Shown here piece by piece: positions 37,105 to 48,413 of a stretch of DNA of 64,000 nucleotides (position 1 is its first letter; each line of letters starts with the position of its first letter). Both the position numbers and the translations under genes were made by a program. The stretch is from Seison nebaliae. Lineage: Eukaryota. The notes below the pieces were generated by a model. The model did no database searches and was not told the DNA's origin. It saw only the letters and a list, made by a program, of their open reading frames with translations. The stretch lies in NCBI GenBank assembly GCA_023231475.1, contig JALJEE010003244.1:1-64000 (forward strand). The letters are read 5' to 3'.

Positions 37105-40100
37105 TTATTCTAGAAAATTAGTGTGGCTTAAGCGTGCTTCCTTCGACATTTGATTATAGTTGAAGATGACGACTTGATCATTTCGATAGTGGACGTCGCT
37201 CACCAGAACGCCGTACACCTGCTCGTACATGATGACATTCTCGACGAAGTTCTCCTCCGTCTCTCTGTCGTGGGAGAGATGTGGATTGATCCTATTCACC
37301 TCCCACACACAAACAGGTGTGAACAATTCGTATTTCTTCTCGCGATTGTACGCGATGACAATAAGCTTATCATCGGAAGGAATGACGTTGAGATGCATGA
37401 AAGGTGACGATAATCCCCGACATCGTAAAATGGAGAGATACGTCCCTAAATAATTTACCATGACAATTGTTCCGTCATTGAACGAGCCGAAAAAGTAGTC
37501 GCTCTTGTCGTTCCATTTGAGAGCGATGGGATCGAATCGTTCCGTCACTTCGAATGTCACTCGACGATCTTGGAAACGGTTATTTTCCAGATCGAAAATG
37601 AGAAATCCGAAATATCTCACCATTTGGACAGTTCGATATGAAGCGATGGCAAAGAACTTCCCGTTGGGAGATACTTGAGCGACGTGTGACAACGGATCTT
37701 CTACTTGTGGAATTCGAATGTCTTTACAAAGACAATGTGTCTGCAAATTCCAAAGTAGAAGACGTGCCGGATCTTTACAGTCTTCCAAACACAACGCCCA
37801 ATGTTGGAAAAGATGTAAAGTTTTGAGGAATCGATCCTCTCCCGTTTTCAATGTGGCGATAATTCGTCCGTCCTCCACATCGATAATTTGCACGTTCATC
37901 CGATTACGAGAAATACAAACGAGTTGAGTAAATCCAATTAATCGGAACGACTCGACGGAACTGTTCGGACAGAATTGGAGCCATGGTCGAATCCGTTCCG
38001 TCCCGTCCTCGTAGATGATGGAGACGAAGCCTTGTCTGCTGAGTATGGTGCAGGAGAGACCGTTGCCAATATCGTCATCGACAATGACCGGATGAAAGAA
38101 TTTCGATTCGATCTCGAATGAAATTTCATAAATTTTTTCAAAATTATCAGAATTATAAATTAGCAATTTCTCATTGAACAACAAAGCGTAGTAGGTAGAT
38201 GGTTGGAGATGGGCGAACAAATTCTTCCGATTCTCGAATTTCACCGAATCGCACAATTGCATCGCCACACATCTCGTCGTGTGAATGGGGAGGATGGTAT
38301 GTTCGATATTTCGACGGTTATTCTTCACATTACTCATCGTCATGGTGAATTCGGGGAACAAACGGAATTTACTCAATTGATCTTTTCGATCATTTACCAA
38401 ACAATTCTCTTCCGTCCTTTTAAATTCGTAGGCGATCGAAGAAGAATTTGGATAGACAAATTCTTCCTGAGTCGATTTTAACAGGAAATTTTCCGTTTGT
38501 TCCGAATGGTCGCCTCTTGACATTTCATCATTTTCCAGATCGGTATAATATTGACGCCGATAGAAATAGGAGGATAAGTAAATTCGTTTTAATTGAGTGA
38601 TCAAATCCAAATTCATCAATATCGGCAACGATGATTTCGGCTCGATTTGACGCATATCAAATGCACATTCGTTACTTCGTTTCAACCATTTATCAATACT
38701 CTCCAATGATCGATATGTGGTAGGTGAAATTTTCATTTCACTCTCAATTAATGCGTATTGATCGATGAGACTTTTATTCGCTGATGACGACGATGGAAAT
38801 TTTAAATTTGTGTAAATGACTCGAATGAATTTGGAAGATTTGATGACGTTAGAGAAAGTGTTGAAAGCGTCATTGGAGTCGCTTGTCAAATTGATGAGAA
38901 TGAGAATGTTCTCATTCGTCTTCTCATGTAATTGCGTGGCGAATTGGACGAATGAGATCGACAATTGTTCGATATCCAATTGAGATTTGTACAATAAATC
39001 GGAGATATCTGACGGATCGTTCTCATCCACCAGATAACTCAATTGCCAAACGAGAGTGAAGAGAAGAGTGTGGAAAGTGGAAGAGATGTCCGTTACACTG
39101 AACAATCGGAAAAGAAGGAAATATTTGTTGGATTTGCGCAGAAGATGATAAATGAGAATGAGTAAAATTTGTTGATATAAATCGATTCGATTTAGTTGAG
39201 TGAAATTTTCAAATTCAGTCATCTCTCTCTTCCCCATCACCAGTTTGGTGGCGACGGATAGAACATTGGGAAAGGAAGTAGTTTGTGCGAACAAATCGAA
39301 TTCATCAATGACGGATGAAGGAAATTGATGGAAATTATAAAATTCACTAATCCGTTCCAGATCGATCGAATGGAATTGATATTGAGCATATAATTCTTGG
39401 AGGAGGAGTGTAGGCATTTGTTTCGTTCGAACGGATGACGATTGGAGATTCTTCCACTTCTTCGTCATTTCTTTAATGAGAGAGGAGAGTAATGATGAGA
39501 GATTAGAAGAGAAATCATTCATGTTACCGATTGACATCGTATTTTGACGAGAGAATGAGAATTTATCTTTGGAAATCGAATAATTGGGATGATTACTCAT
39601 TCCCACACTACCACGACGTTGTTTCAATTGATGGATGTCATCTTTCGTCTGTTTGAATGCTCGGAAACCGCTCGTTCCCAACGATTCATATTCGATATAA
39701 TTCTCTTCCAAAACATTCTCTTCTAACAACGTTATCGTTTCCTCCCAATGCAAATTTGATTGTTCATTCAAATTATATTGCATTTTTTTATTCTCTCCCT
39801 CAGGAAGTAAATCATTCGTATCATTTCGAAACCAGATTAATGTGTGAAGATCAGATAAAACGGTATGAGCATAATCAGTTCTTTCCGTAATGATCGTTCT
39901 CAATACATCACCGACAAATGACGTGTATTCGGTTTGGAGTGGCAACTCCTCCACTTTCGTTTTGAATCGACACCATTCGACTGACGAACGCAAATGTCCC
40001 GTTTGATCGTAATAGAAGTCGTCCAAACCCTTCACTTTCCCCTTCTCCAACGGCATGATGGGCAAACCTTCATACTCGTTGTTAGCGATGATGAAGAAGA

Positions 40101-40683
40101 GAGTGGGATGGAAAGCCATCGAATAACGGATCCGTTTGATGGCCGATTCACGACAAAGTAAATTATTCAAAACCGTATTCTCTAATCGACTCGACAAATC
40201 CAAAATCTCACCATGGAATCCGAAACGATGTAACACGTCCTGCAAATGATCGCGGAGAAATTCCTCTTTCATCAAATTGCCGATAATGTAACAATTGATT
40301 TGGAGTTTGGAAGCAGACATCAACAAATATTCGCTGGTGAATGTTGGAGGGAAAAATCGGAAATCTTTCCCATTAAGCATCTTTCGGACAACATCTGTTT
40401 TCGCTTCGTTATTTATCTCGTATTCCAAACTCATTTGACGACCGTCGTCGTTGACGATAGAGAGATGACGCGATTTATTCCGCTCATTCGATCCATAATC
40501 GATGGAACATTTCTTCTTGGATGGCGTGACTATTGATTGTGATTTAGACGTCGTTTCATTCTTGTCTGCTTTCTCCACATTCTCATTTGGTGACAATGGT
40601 GTTTCCTGCTCAGCATCAAATGACGGTTCTGTCGATTTGCTAACATATCGACTCGATTTCGGTTTAGTATTTATACAACCCAG
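37105..40683 (-). CDS. Divergent NWD-like (NACHT and WD40 repeat) protein, intronless, about 1190 aa; start codon uncertain
   Basis: N-terminal block resembles NWD1/2 (GEILDLS..LCRESAIKRIRYS..PTLFFII..YEGLPIMP); FRLFSVTDISSTFHTLLFTLVWQL resembles a NACHT segment; C-terminal WD40-like strands (ARLLLWNLQT, VSPNGKFFAIAS). Confidence 0.6.
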   Translation of the reverse strand: MGCINTKPKSSRYVSKSTEPSFDAEQETPLSPNENVEKADKNETTSKSQSIVTPSKKKCSIDYGSNERNKSRHLSIVNDDGRQMSLEYEINNEAKTDVVRKMLNGKDFRFFPPTFTSEYLLMSASKLQINCYIIGNLMKEEFLRDHLQDVLHRFGFHGEILDLSSRLENTVLNNLLCRESAIKRIRYSMAFHPTLFFIIANNEYEGLPIMPLEKGKVKGLDDFYYDQTGHLRSSVEWCRFKTKVEELPLQTEYTSFVGDVLRTIITERTDYAHTVLSDLHTLIWFRNDTNDLLPEGENKKMQYNLNEQSNLHWEETITLLEENVLEENYIEYESLGTSGFRAFKQTKDDIHQLKQRRGSVGMSNHPNYSISKDKFSFSRQNTMSIGNMNDFSSNLSSLLSSLIKEMTKKWKNLQSSSVRTKQMPTLLLQELYAQYQFHSIDLERISEFYNFHQFPSSVIDEFDLFAQTTSFPNVLSVATKLVMGKREMTEFENFTQLNRIDLYQQILLILIYHLLRKSNKYFLLFRLFSVTDISSTFHTLLFTLVWQLSYLVDENDPSDISDLLYKSQLDIEQLSISFVQFATQLHEKTNENILILINLTSDSNDAFNTFSNVIKSSKFIRVIYTNLKFPSSSSANKSLIDQYALIESEMKISPTTYRSLESIDKWLKRSNECAFDMRQIEPKSSLPILMNLDLITQLKRIYLSSYFYRRQYYTDLENDEMSRGDHSEQTENFLLKSTQEEFVYPNSSSIAYEFKRTEENCLVNDRKDQLSKFRLFPEFTMTMSNVKNNRRNIEHTILPIHTTRCVAMQLCDSVKFENRKNLFAHLQPSTYYALLFNEKLLIYNSDNFEKIYEISFEIESKFFHPVIVDDDIGNGLSCTILSRQGFVSIIYEDGTERIRPWLQFCPNSSVESFRLIGFTQLVCISRNRMNVQIIDVEDGRIIATLKTGEDRFLKTLHLFQHWALCLEDCKDPARLLLWNLQTHCLCKDIRIPQVEDPLSHVAQVSPNGKFFAIASYRTVQMVRYFGFLIFDLENNRFQDRRVTFEVTERFDPIALKWNDKSDYFFGSFNDGTIVMVNYLGTYLSILRCRGLSSPFMHLNVIPSDDKLIVIAYNREKKYELFTPVCVWEVNRINPHLSHDRETEENFVENVIMYEQVYGVLVSDVHYRNDQVVIFNYNQMSKEARLSHTNFLE

Positions 40684-40969
40684 TTTCGCTACCACACACA
40701 CTCAATTCTCCACGTTCCAAATTGACGAGATGAATTATTCAACGGATACAACGACAACTTCGATGAGAACGATTATGTTTCCTGTTTCGTTCGAATGAAT
40801 TTTTATTTACAAATTTCAAAAATAATTTTTCTGATTTTCTCGCTCTCTCGTGACAGAAGAAGGCGAAGAATTATATTATGAAACAATCAGCTAATCGATA
40901 CATATGATCAATAATCTAGTCGAAGAGAATGATAATAATAGTGAGTGGTGAGAGAAGTGACGATTGTGT

Positions 40970-40972
<3 letters not shown>

Positions 40973-41007
<35 letters not shown>
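40973..41007. repeat. (GA)n microsatellite
   Basis: Seen directly in the sequence. Confidence 0.9.
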
Positions 41008-41010
<3 letters not shown>

Positions 41011-43239
41011 GAGGGAGATGAGAAGATATTATTAACAGATACTCGTAGTTTCCATCCGACAATTATTTACATTTCTCAACGAAATTCAATTAATTCTCTT
41101 CGTTGGGATGGGGAGGTAACTGGTCCGTCTCTCGTCCCTCCTCCACCCAATTCACACAAAATAGATTAGTAAATGAGAAAATTTTAGGGGGAAAACACGG
41201 GGAATTGTTGAGACATTGATCCCGGGGAAAGTGGAGGGATGATGTTTTCGATGAGAGAAAGTTTTACTTGATGAGAATAATTTGTTGTTGTGTCAGCTAT
41301 GAAGGAAACATTATTCGATATGTTTTCCCAATAAAAAAGAAAATTCGTTCGTTCTAAACAACATTAAGTCGAGAGAGATATATTATATCGTTTAATATTT
41401 CTTCTCCAATAATTCCTCAAGCTCAAGATGAATTGTCCCATTATGAAATAATATAATTGGAAAGAACAACTGCTTCTCTGGGAGGAGAGAAGAATAATTA
41501 AATGATACGAACAATCAAATATGATTTAGTACTGATCATCTACGAGACAAGAATAAGTAGAGGAGTAATAACTAAGTTCATGCAGCCCGGGTAGATACAA
41601 AGTTATACGCAATGACTTCGAAGGAAACTAGGGGAAATAACATTCTAACACGAAATTAATAATAATATTATCAATCTTTCTTCTTCCACTACTATAATCT
41701 ATTAGTATTACGGAAAAGAATGCGCATGTCCAGTACATCCACATAACTACATTCTCTCAAACAATTATTTGTTTATATAGAAAATGAAAAAAAAATGTAT
41801 TTTCGATTAGCAGTTTAGCATTCTTTATGCATCTCTTACGTACACACACAATACCCACACATACCGACACAATCGCTAACACATACACATAATTATGTGT
41901 ATGTACATACATCCGTCTTCTGTGTGTGTGTGTGTGTGTGTATATATGTGTATATGTGTGTGTGTGGACATAGAGACGTACACATATCAATCTGACTCGA
42001 TATACGTCTCTACCCTCACGTACAAGTAGGTGGGAGAAATCTCTTTCTCTCCATCATACACACACATATACACATACGTGCACACACACAAACACGCACA
42101 CATAATTTGTTGTTTATGCTGCTATTCCCATATATCTACACATTTATCAAGTGTTTAATGTTATACATTTGAACTTACAAACTATGCTTTATGTAACAGT
42201 ATTTATGTAGACAACTTTGAGTCCATAGGTGTTCTTCTAGAATTGGGGATATAACTCCGGTCATTCGTACTTATCGGTAATTTCTCTCTCTCTCTCTCTC
42301 TTCCTTTCATATACAAATTACTAGTCATTTCTTGTGTAATTCTCAATAACATTGTTTTCCCATCATTCTTCTTCTGCTCCTTTATATTATAATGTTAGAT
42401 AATTTCTCGAAACCGCTCAACTGGTAACTGGAAGAAATTTCTTCTACTTCCACATTATTCGTGCGAACAATACTCACTTGGAATATAAGCCAAACTTCAA
42501 CGAAATAATTTGGAGAATTTCTCTCCCATCTCTCAACACGAATTTTAAATGAGAAATTGAATAAAAATAAATTTATTTTGATTTAAACGAGTTAAATTGT
42601 TCCTCTAATTTTAGTTTCGTCATCTAAAAAGTTGAAAATAGTTTAATCATTAAAATGTGTAAAAGACAAAAATTAGAACTCTCAAATTCTCTTGTTCCAA
42701 TCGTCGACGATATTGTCCTTTGCCAATGGGCACGGCACGTTTCACTTCCGAGAAAGACCAATCAGGAAAATCGGTTAATGGTCCCTTCTCCGTCCACTGT
42801 TTTGACAATCCGTTACTTTTCCCAATAATGAAATAATTATTTTTTCAATTAAATAAAACTTTAATCTCCATTGGATGATTCCCTTTCTGACGGAAGACGA
42901 ATTGATGAATCGTTTGATGATAAAGTTATAAATCATTTTCATTAATCTGAAATTTCGACTGCATTTTTGAATTGGAGAGAATATTCAAAAAAATTAATTT
43001 TCCTCTCAAACTTTTCTTTTTCTTTCCAAGTGAGTGAAAACACTTCTCGTCTCCAATATGTCTTAGGGAAGGAAAAAAATGGTTTTATTAATCCACCATC
43101 AATCGAGACGAATGATAATTATTGAGTTAGCAAATGAGATTAGACGATGGAATGAAACAGATGGTGATTTGGGTCAGACATAAAATAAAGTCCAGTGGAA
43201 AATAGTTATTGAAAATATAGATAATTACGTCAATTACTC

Positions 43240-43253
43240 GTTACCATAGAAAC
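43240..43253. promoter_or_regulatory. RFX X-box upstream of PMCA
   Basis: GTTACCATAGAAAC is a full consensus match, with palindromic flanks (actc..gagt), about 400 nt upstream of the ATG at 43651. Confidence 0.6.
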
Positions 43254-43650
43254 GAGTTTTTGCATTTCTCAGAATTTTCCTCTAAAAAATTCCTTCATGT
43301 CCATCAACTAGTCAAGTGAAGGTCCTTCCTCCCCAAATTAGAGATTAGAGATGATAATATTAAGAACATATCTGTCTTTCGAATTAAAACGATTATTTTC
43401 GTTGAGACAATAATCATTTTGCCTAACGACCAGCTAATGATGTCGAGAAGGAAATATTTTTGAGGAGGAGCCAACGAATAACAAAATTTTGATTGTCAGT
43501 TTGACCTGCAAATTTTTCATTTTGTTTAGAGGGAGACCGAACGGTTTCAACGGAAAATTCTTATAAAATTTGTGCGGTATTACCAAAAATATTTTGAGCA
43601 TTTCCACATCATTCGAATATGTGAAGAGAATTCCTTAACGCAATTTTCAA

Positions 43651-46600
43651 ATGGAGCATTCAGTTAAAACAATGAGGAGTGAGGAGAGTGAGGAAAGGAG
43701 ATGTGAACATATAACATTGGAGAATTTGAAAGATTTGATGTGTAGACGGGGGAGGAACGGCACCGAATCCTTCTACGCCGACCACGGTTCTATCGAAGAA
43801 TTCTTGTTAAAACTTCGAACGTCGTCTACGATCGGTATCGAAGACGATCCGAATGAATTGAGATTAAGATATCATCAATTCGGGCGGAATGTGATGCCGG
43901 AAGCGAAAAGTCGAAGTTTCCTCCAATTGATGTGGGAGGCGATGAAAGATCTCACTCTCATCATTCTACTTGTCGCCGCTTTAATTTCTTTCGGTTTGTC
44001 TTTCTACCACACCGAAGATCATGACGCCACACAAACTAAATGTTAAAATTTTCTTTCGTATGATAATATAAAAATAAAAATGATACAGACGAATTGATAG
44101 AGAGTTTAGCAATCTTTCTTGCCGTTCTCATCGTTGTGCTTGTGACGGCTGGTAATGATTATGTGAAAGAGAAACAATTCAAAAGTTTGAAAGAGAAAAT
44201 GAAGGAGGAAGAGAAGTTCTCGGTGGTGAGACATGGGGAAACGATCCGCATTCTTACCAGAGATCTCTTAGTTGGCGACATCTGTTACCTGCAATATGGT
44301 TAGTGTGACGGTATTAGGTATAAATAATTTTTGAATGGTTTGGTTCGAACGATTTTTAGGTGATATCGTTCCAGCCGACGGAATTCTGATTGAAAATAAT
44401 AATTTGAAAATTGACGAAGCAAGTTTAACAGGCGAATCTGATTTAGTAAATAAATCGATAAAAAACGATATAATCGTCTTATCTGGTTAGTTAATATGTT
44501 TGAATTTATTAAAAATTTTCCAAATTATTCCAATCTTTTCAAGGTACGGCTGTGATGGAAGGCAAAGGGAAAATTGTTATTACGGCGGTGGGAGAGAATT
44601 CTCAAGCCGGTCTCATTTATCGGTTGATGATCGATCCGAAAGTCTCATTAGACCACTTAATGGAAGAGCCAAATAATGCGAAACGATTCAATAAGACTCT
44701 GGAGGACAGTTTAGCGAAGAAATCTATTTTACAAAGGAAATTGGCAAAGTTGGCGTTGCGAATCGGATATTTTGGATTAGCGGCCGCTCTATTGACGGCG
44801 ACGGCATTAATCATCCATTTAGCAATTCATGATTATGTTATTGGGAAGAAGAGTTGGTCGAACAATAGCTATCAATCCCTAGTAAAAATTACCATTACCG
44901 GAATTACGGTATTGGTATTGGCCGTACCGGAAGGTTTACCATTAGCCGTGACAATTGCCCTAGCGTATGGAGTGAGGAAGATGTTGTACGATCATAATTT
45001 AGTGAGGCATTTGCACGCATGTGAAACGATGGGAAATGCAACGACGATATGTTCGGATAAAACCGGCACTTTAACCACCAATCGAATGACTGTAGTTCAA
45101 TTGTTCATTTACGGTTTTTTAATTATTTGTACTTTCGTTTCTTACGAGAAATTTCCAATATTTAACAGAAGAATATTTCCAAAAAATTCCCGAGAAATTA
45201 CCGGCGAAAATTCGACCGCTACTCAGTCAATGCATTGCAATTAATTCCAATTATACGACGAATTTAGTTTAAATTTTTCATTTCCTTATTTTCGTCATTT
45301 TGATGATATCAGATCAAACAAGCGGAAGGTCCGGCTGTCCAAGTAGGAAACAAGACGGAGTGTGCCCTACTCGGTCTTTTGGTGCACTTCAATTTCGATT
45401 ATGATAATATTCGCTCGCTCTATCCGCCAAGTGGTCATCTTCATATTTACACGTTCAACTCCGACCGCAAATATATGGGAACCATTGTCAATTTTAACAA
45501 CCAAGCCAATTTCGTTCTTTATATGAAAGGTGCACCAGAAATCATTTTAGCCAAGTCAATTTTTTTCAAATTTTAATTTGTCCAATTCAAATTATCATCA
45601 ATATAGATCGAAATATTCGTTGAACGAAGACGCAAAACGTGACGCTCTCGATGGGAAGAAGAGAGAGAAGATCAATAACGTCTTAAATAAGATGACGAAT
45701 GACGGACTGAGAACGATCTGTTTAGCTTACCGAATGTTTACTGGTTCATTCTGATAAATAATTTTTTCGAATAATTTTCAAATTTTCCTTTTGAAAAGAA
45801 AGTGAATCACAAGTGATGGATTGGGAGGACGAGTCGAGTGTGGTCGATATGTTGACATGTATCGGCATCGTCGGCATTGAGGATCCGGTACGTGATGAAG
45901 TTCCCAAATCGATAAGATTGTGTAATGAAGCAGGAATTACCATCCGGATGGTGACGGGTGATAATATCGATACGGCACGAACGATAGCGAAAAAATGTGG
46001 AATTTTAGAAGGAAAAGACGACGAACTCGTTCTAGATGGAAGTGAATTTATCAACCGGATAACGGTAGAGAATGTGATTTCTCAGACATTGTTCGATCAA
46101 ATCTGGCCGAATTTGAGAGTACTTGCTCGTGCTAAACCAGTGGACAAATATATTTTGGTTAAACATGCGATTGCGAGTCGAGTGGGAGATAAGGAGGAGA
46201 TTGTGGCGGTTACGGGCGATGGTACGAATGACGGTCCGGCTTTAAAAGTAGCCGATGTCGGTTTCGCCATGGGAATTCAAGGAACGGATATCGCTAAAGA
46301 TGCTTCTGATATCATCATAACAAATGACAATTTCGCATCGATTGTTAAAGCGGTATTATGGGGACGGAACGTGTATGATTGTATCACCAAATTCTTACAA
46401 TTCCAATTGACAGCTAATGTGACGGCTGTTTTATTGGCATTTATCGGCTCATGTTTTTTGGGGGAATCTCCATTGAGAGCTGTCCAAATTTTATGGATCA
46501 ATCTCATTATGGACACTCTGGCGAGTTTAGCTCTCGCTTCCGAATCTCCCACACAGGAACTATTAGAGAGGAAACCGTTCGGTCGTAGTCGACGATTGTT

Positions 46601-48326
46601 ATCACCATCAGTTATCAAATATATTCTCGGACATTCATTCTATCAATTAATCGTCACATTAATCATCTTGTTTGTGGGACCGACGATATTTCTGGTCGTC
46701 GATGCAAGTAATCGAAAAGAGACTTTTATTTCAACACCCACCGAACATTACACATTCATCTTTCACACATTCGTTCTAATGACATTATTCAACGAGTTGA
46801 ATGCTCGGAAGATTTGGGGACAACGAAACATCTTCATCGGCCTCCACAAAAGTTACATTTTCGTCATCATCTGGGTATGTTGTTTCAGTCTACAAGTTTT
46901 TCAAATTTTTCAAATTTTTATGTCATCGAAACTTTTAGCATATCATCGTTTATATTGGTGGGAGATTGGTGATGGTGAGAAACCTGCCAGCTGATTTATA
47001 TATCTGGAGTTTACTCTTTGGCATCGGCTCGTTAATCTGGCATCAAGTATTAATTTGTTGGTCAGTCGAGAGATTTGAGGAGGATATTGATGAGAAGGAT
47101 AAACTTAATCGGAATAAATTCTTCAGTGACACAACCATAACAAGTAGATTTATTTTTAAAAATTTCCTTCTCATTTTCCCCTTAAATAGCTAAAGAATTG
47201 ACAGGAAGTAAACCTAATCAAGGCAGTTCAAGAGCTTCTTTAATTTCCTCAAATAAAGGACCGATGGTAGTTCAACCACATTTATCCTCTAAAGGTCGAC
47301 AACCACCAAAAGGAAAAGTCAAATCACAATTGAGTTAGAAATTTCTTGTAAATTATTCTCAATTGACAAACTCGTTCAATTGACAGATACAGAACAGTCC
47401 AGTTTTGCTAGTCATCGAAGTGGTACGGCAACATGTTAAATTTTCCATTCCATCAATTCTAAACCATTTTTTCAATAGTCGGTAGTCAATTGTTTGTGAC
47501 GGACAATGTCGAACGGCCACGAAAGAAAACGGGTTAGATTTTAACGTCATTTCTCTTTTGAATTAATTATTTTTTTTTGAATTAATTATATATTTTTTTT
47601 AATTATTATTTTTTTTTTGAATTAATTATATATTTTTTTCTAATTATTTAATTTTTTTTTTGAATTAATTATATATTTTTTTCTAATTATTTAATTTTTT
47701 TTTTTGAATTAATTATATATTTTTTTCTAATTATTTAATTTTTTTTTTTGAATTAATTAATTTGAAGGACCACAATCACCACTTGGAGAGTTGTCAAGTT
47801 TAATTAATCTCAATTAATTATTTTTCAATTGTAATTAATTTTAAAAAAAGAACCGAAGACAAAACAAACCATACAATTTAGCGGCAATCGTTATAATCAT
47901 TATAATTATTAATATTATTAAATATAATTATTTCTCTTTGTCATTTTTCTAGGAAAGTTTTCGAAACAAAGTGAATTTTCTATTTCACCTCGTCACTAAC
48001 TTTCTCATTTAGCGATTACAAAGCGATCGAATATCAGTAATAATTCTGCATGTAGTGAAGACGAGGAGAAATGTCCGAACCAATTCTCCCATTCCGTTCA
48101 ATGGGGACGTGGTCTCATATCAGGAGTGATGGATATTGATGAATATCTCTCACCTATCAAAGCACAATCTACACCAATTGCGCCCATTGCTCATATGATG
48201 AATGAATTGAAGAAAAAGCGAAAAAAGATTTCTCCTGTTGTCCTTTCCTCTGATGTTGGTGGGAATGCATCTGGAGAGAAAATGATTCAAGATCTACTCG
48301 AACAACTTGACGACGATTCGTTATAA
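43651..48326 (+). CDS. ATP2B: Plasma-membrane Ca2+-ATPase (PMCA, P2B), 16 exons
   Basis: [76 protein letters not shown] and FNELNARKI. The tail splices in frame through small exons to TAA at 48326. Confidence 0.93.
47557..47760. repeat. About 41-nt AT-rich tandem repeat (T8-GAATTAATTATATA-T7-CTAATTATTTAA) in PMCA intron 47533-47767
   Basis: Four to five direct copies visible. Confidence 0.9.
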
Positions 48327-48413
48327 GCCGTCAAATGTTTCTTTTTCCATTCTTTATTATTATTATTATTATTCAAATAAAATTATTTCTCATAAATTTC
48401 TATACAAAAATAA

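Noticed and set aside
43651..47193. Fragmented PMCA, BBS8, STX16 and CTU2 ORFs as pseudogenes or programmed frameshifts
   Set aside because: Every break is bridged by a short GT-AG intron that restores frame and conserved motifs.
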